Of a DNA stretch of 64,000 nucleotides, positions 62,531 through 64,000 are shown piece by piece (the stretch's first letter is position 1; each line of letters starts with the position of its first letter). The DNA is taken from positions 33,108,001-33,172,000 of the forward strand of contig NC_091997.1 of NCBI RefSeq assembly GCF_044704955.1, in the 5' to 3' direction. The notes beneath the pieces were generated by a model. That model was given only the letters and a program-made list of their open reading frames with translations. It ran no database searches and had not been told where the DNA came from. The position numbers and the translations under genes are program-made. The stretch comes from Pristiophorus japonicus (taxonomy: Eukaryota).

Positions 62531-64000
62531 TCTTCTCTCGCAGATGTCCTGACAAAGATAAACTCGAGACAATGTACTCTATATTTCAGTAAAATAAAGC
62601 GCTATAAAGACGTCTAGGAAAGGTTTGACCGGTGCTGCCGTCACCTTCAGTGAAGTTTATTTCCGCGGAAAACTTTCCAAGAAAAGTCAGACCAGAAACA
62701 GCTTGATGGGGTAGGGGGAGCTGAAACTGGGGCAAATGCATTAGTTCTCTTCCTGAATGTAGTATAAATATACTAGGTTCGGGAAGAAAACAAATATAAC
62801 ATTTATTTTAAAACAGAGGAAGGAAAACATTAAGACCTGGCGGGCCCGAGGGAGGGTATTCTTGAAACTAAAGCGAAGTTGGGAAAGAAATACTCAGTGT
62901 AAACTTGGTTGCCTCCTCCAGTCATTTTCATTCCAAAGCGTGTTGATTTTCTACATGTGCTTAAGAATACTACAAACTTCGGCCAAACCGGCACAGTGTG
63001 TAAAACCGCATGCATGAACAATGCATTTCAATCGAATATATGTGCCGGAGAACAATGATGTAACCAGGGAATCCTTTCTGATCTCGCTTCGGGTGCGTAG
63101 CATAACAAAAGACAAGTACAGCTTTCCACTGAATTCGAGGAGTTGTTACCGGAAATAGTTACAAACTGCTGGTTTTCTCCATGGTACGGGGCATTTGTGC
63201 GCTGTTACTGTAATGTAAACATCTGAGGAATTCGCCGACTGTACAATCTTTGCACCTAAAACTGTTTGGCCGTTTTATGTACATTGCCTCTTGGATCAAC
63301 ATTTGCAAGCGCAAGCACATACAGCTTTAGCCTCCCTCTCACTGCAAGCACTGGTGTGAATGATACACTTCTCATGGCCAACTTTTACAAACGTGCCTTT
63401 GAAATTCATTGAATGAGAAAAAGTATTCGGAGTGAGTGACTTTAGCAAAAGTTGCAAGAGCCCTCGCCCCCCCCTCTCCCAGTAAATATATAAATAAATA
63501 AATGGTTCTGGTATTCACCCCAAAACATCCTGGGAAAGCTGGGAATAAATAAAAGGCTAGGGTTCGAAAGTCTCTTGTTCTTGATGACTGTAGGGAAGTT
63601 TTTTTTAAGTAATTTCAAAGGGACCAACTCCTGTCCTGAACGAGCAGAGACCACAGCCATCTGCTCCTGACGACTTTGTGCTAATTGCGCTTGTTTTGTG
63701 GGAGCTTTTGCCCTCCCCATGTGATGCCTTTTGATGTAAGCAAACCGCACTCATAAAATTTATGACGGTTCCCTTTGAACTATCAACAGACTTTTGTCAT
63801 TTGTGTTTTTCTCGCTACCAGTTCGGAGTTGCATTGGCTGCAACTTCACGCGTTTTAAAATTAAATGTAGTTGGTATTGAACGAAAAAACAATCGTGAAA
63901 CTTGTAACTAAACAACAATATGCAAGAGTTTCAGCATTCCAGCTGCTTCTCACGGATAATTTCTGTTTCACCCTTTAAGCATTAAGGATCATTTTTCCAT

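Noticed and set aside
60048-64000. HoxB1 3' DR5 RARE
   Set aside because: No convincing DR5 seen; it may lie beyond the window end, so absence is not claimed

Overview
Vertebrate genomic DNA containing the anterior part of a HoxB cluster, most likely from a cartilaginous fish (shark-type SINE and CR1 relics are present). All genes are on the + strand in the order HoxB6, HoxB5, mir-10a, HoxB4, HoxB3, HoxB2, HoxB1. Each Hox gene has two coding exons joined by a phase-1 GT-AG intron, and all six splice to intact frames (about 230, 264, 241, 394, 359 and 311 aa). Many classical Hox cis-elements are recognisable by motif and position: 5' and 3' Hox4 DR5 RAREs, CR3, the HB-1 intron element, the Hox3 DR5 RARE, HoxB2 Krox20 and Pbx/Meis enhancers, and the HoxB1 ARE and 3' DR2 RARE. 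The most unusual observations are: (1) a 35-nt near-perfect copy of HoxB1 coding exon 1 inside its own intron, next to an in-phase cryptic donor; (2) a strong CTCF motif at the B6|B5 boundary; (3) two abutting antisense ORFs between HoxB4 and HoxB3 that a single-base change in a G20 run would fuse to about 191 aa; (4) apparent loss of the first ATG of HoxB4; (5) tandem acceptors in the B6 and B2 linkers; (6) a chain of candidate non-coding HoxB3 leader exons with uORFs. Comparisons with mouse, human or zebrafish elements are from memory, not from alignments run here. There is one 139-nt N gap.
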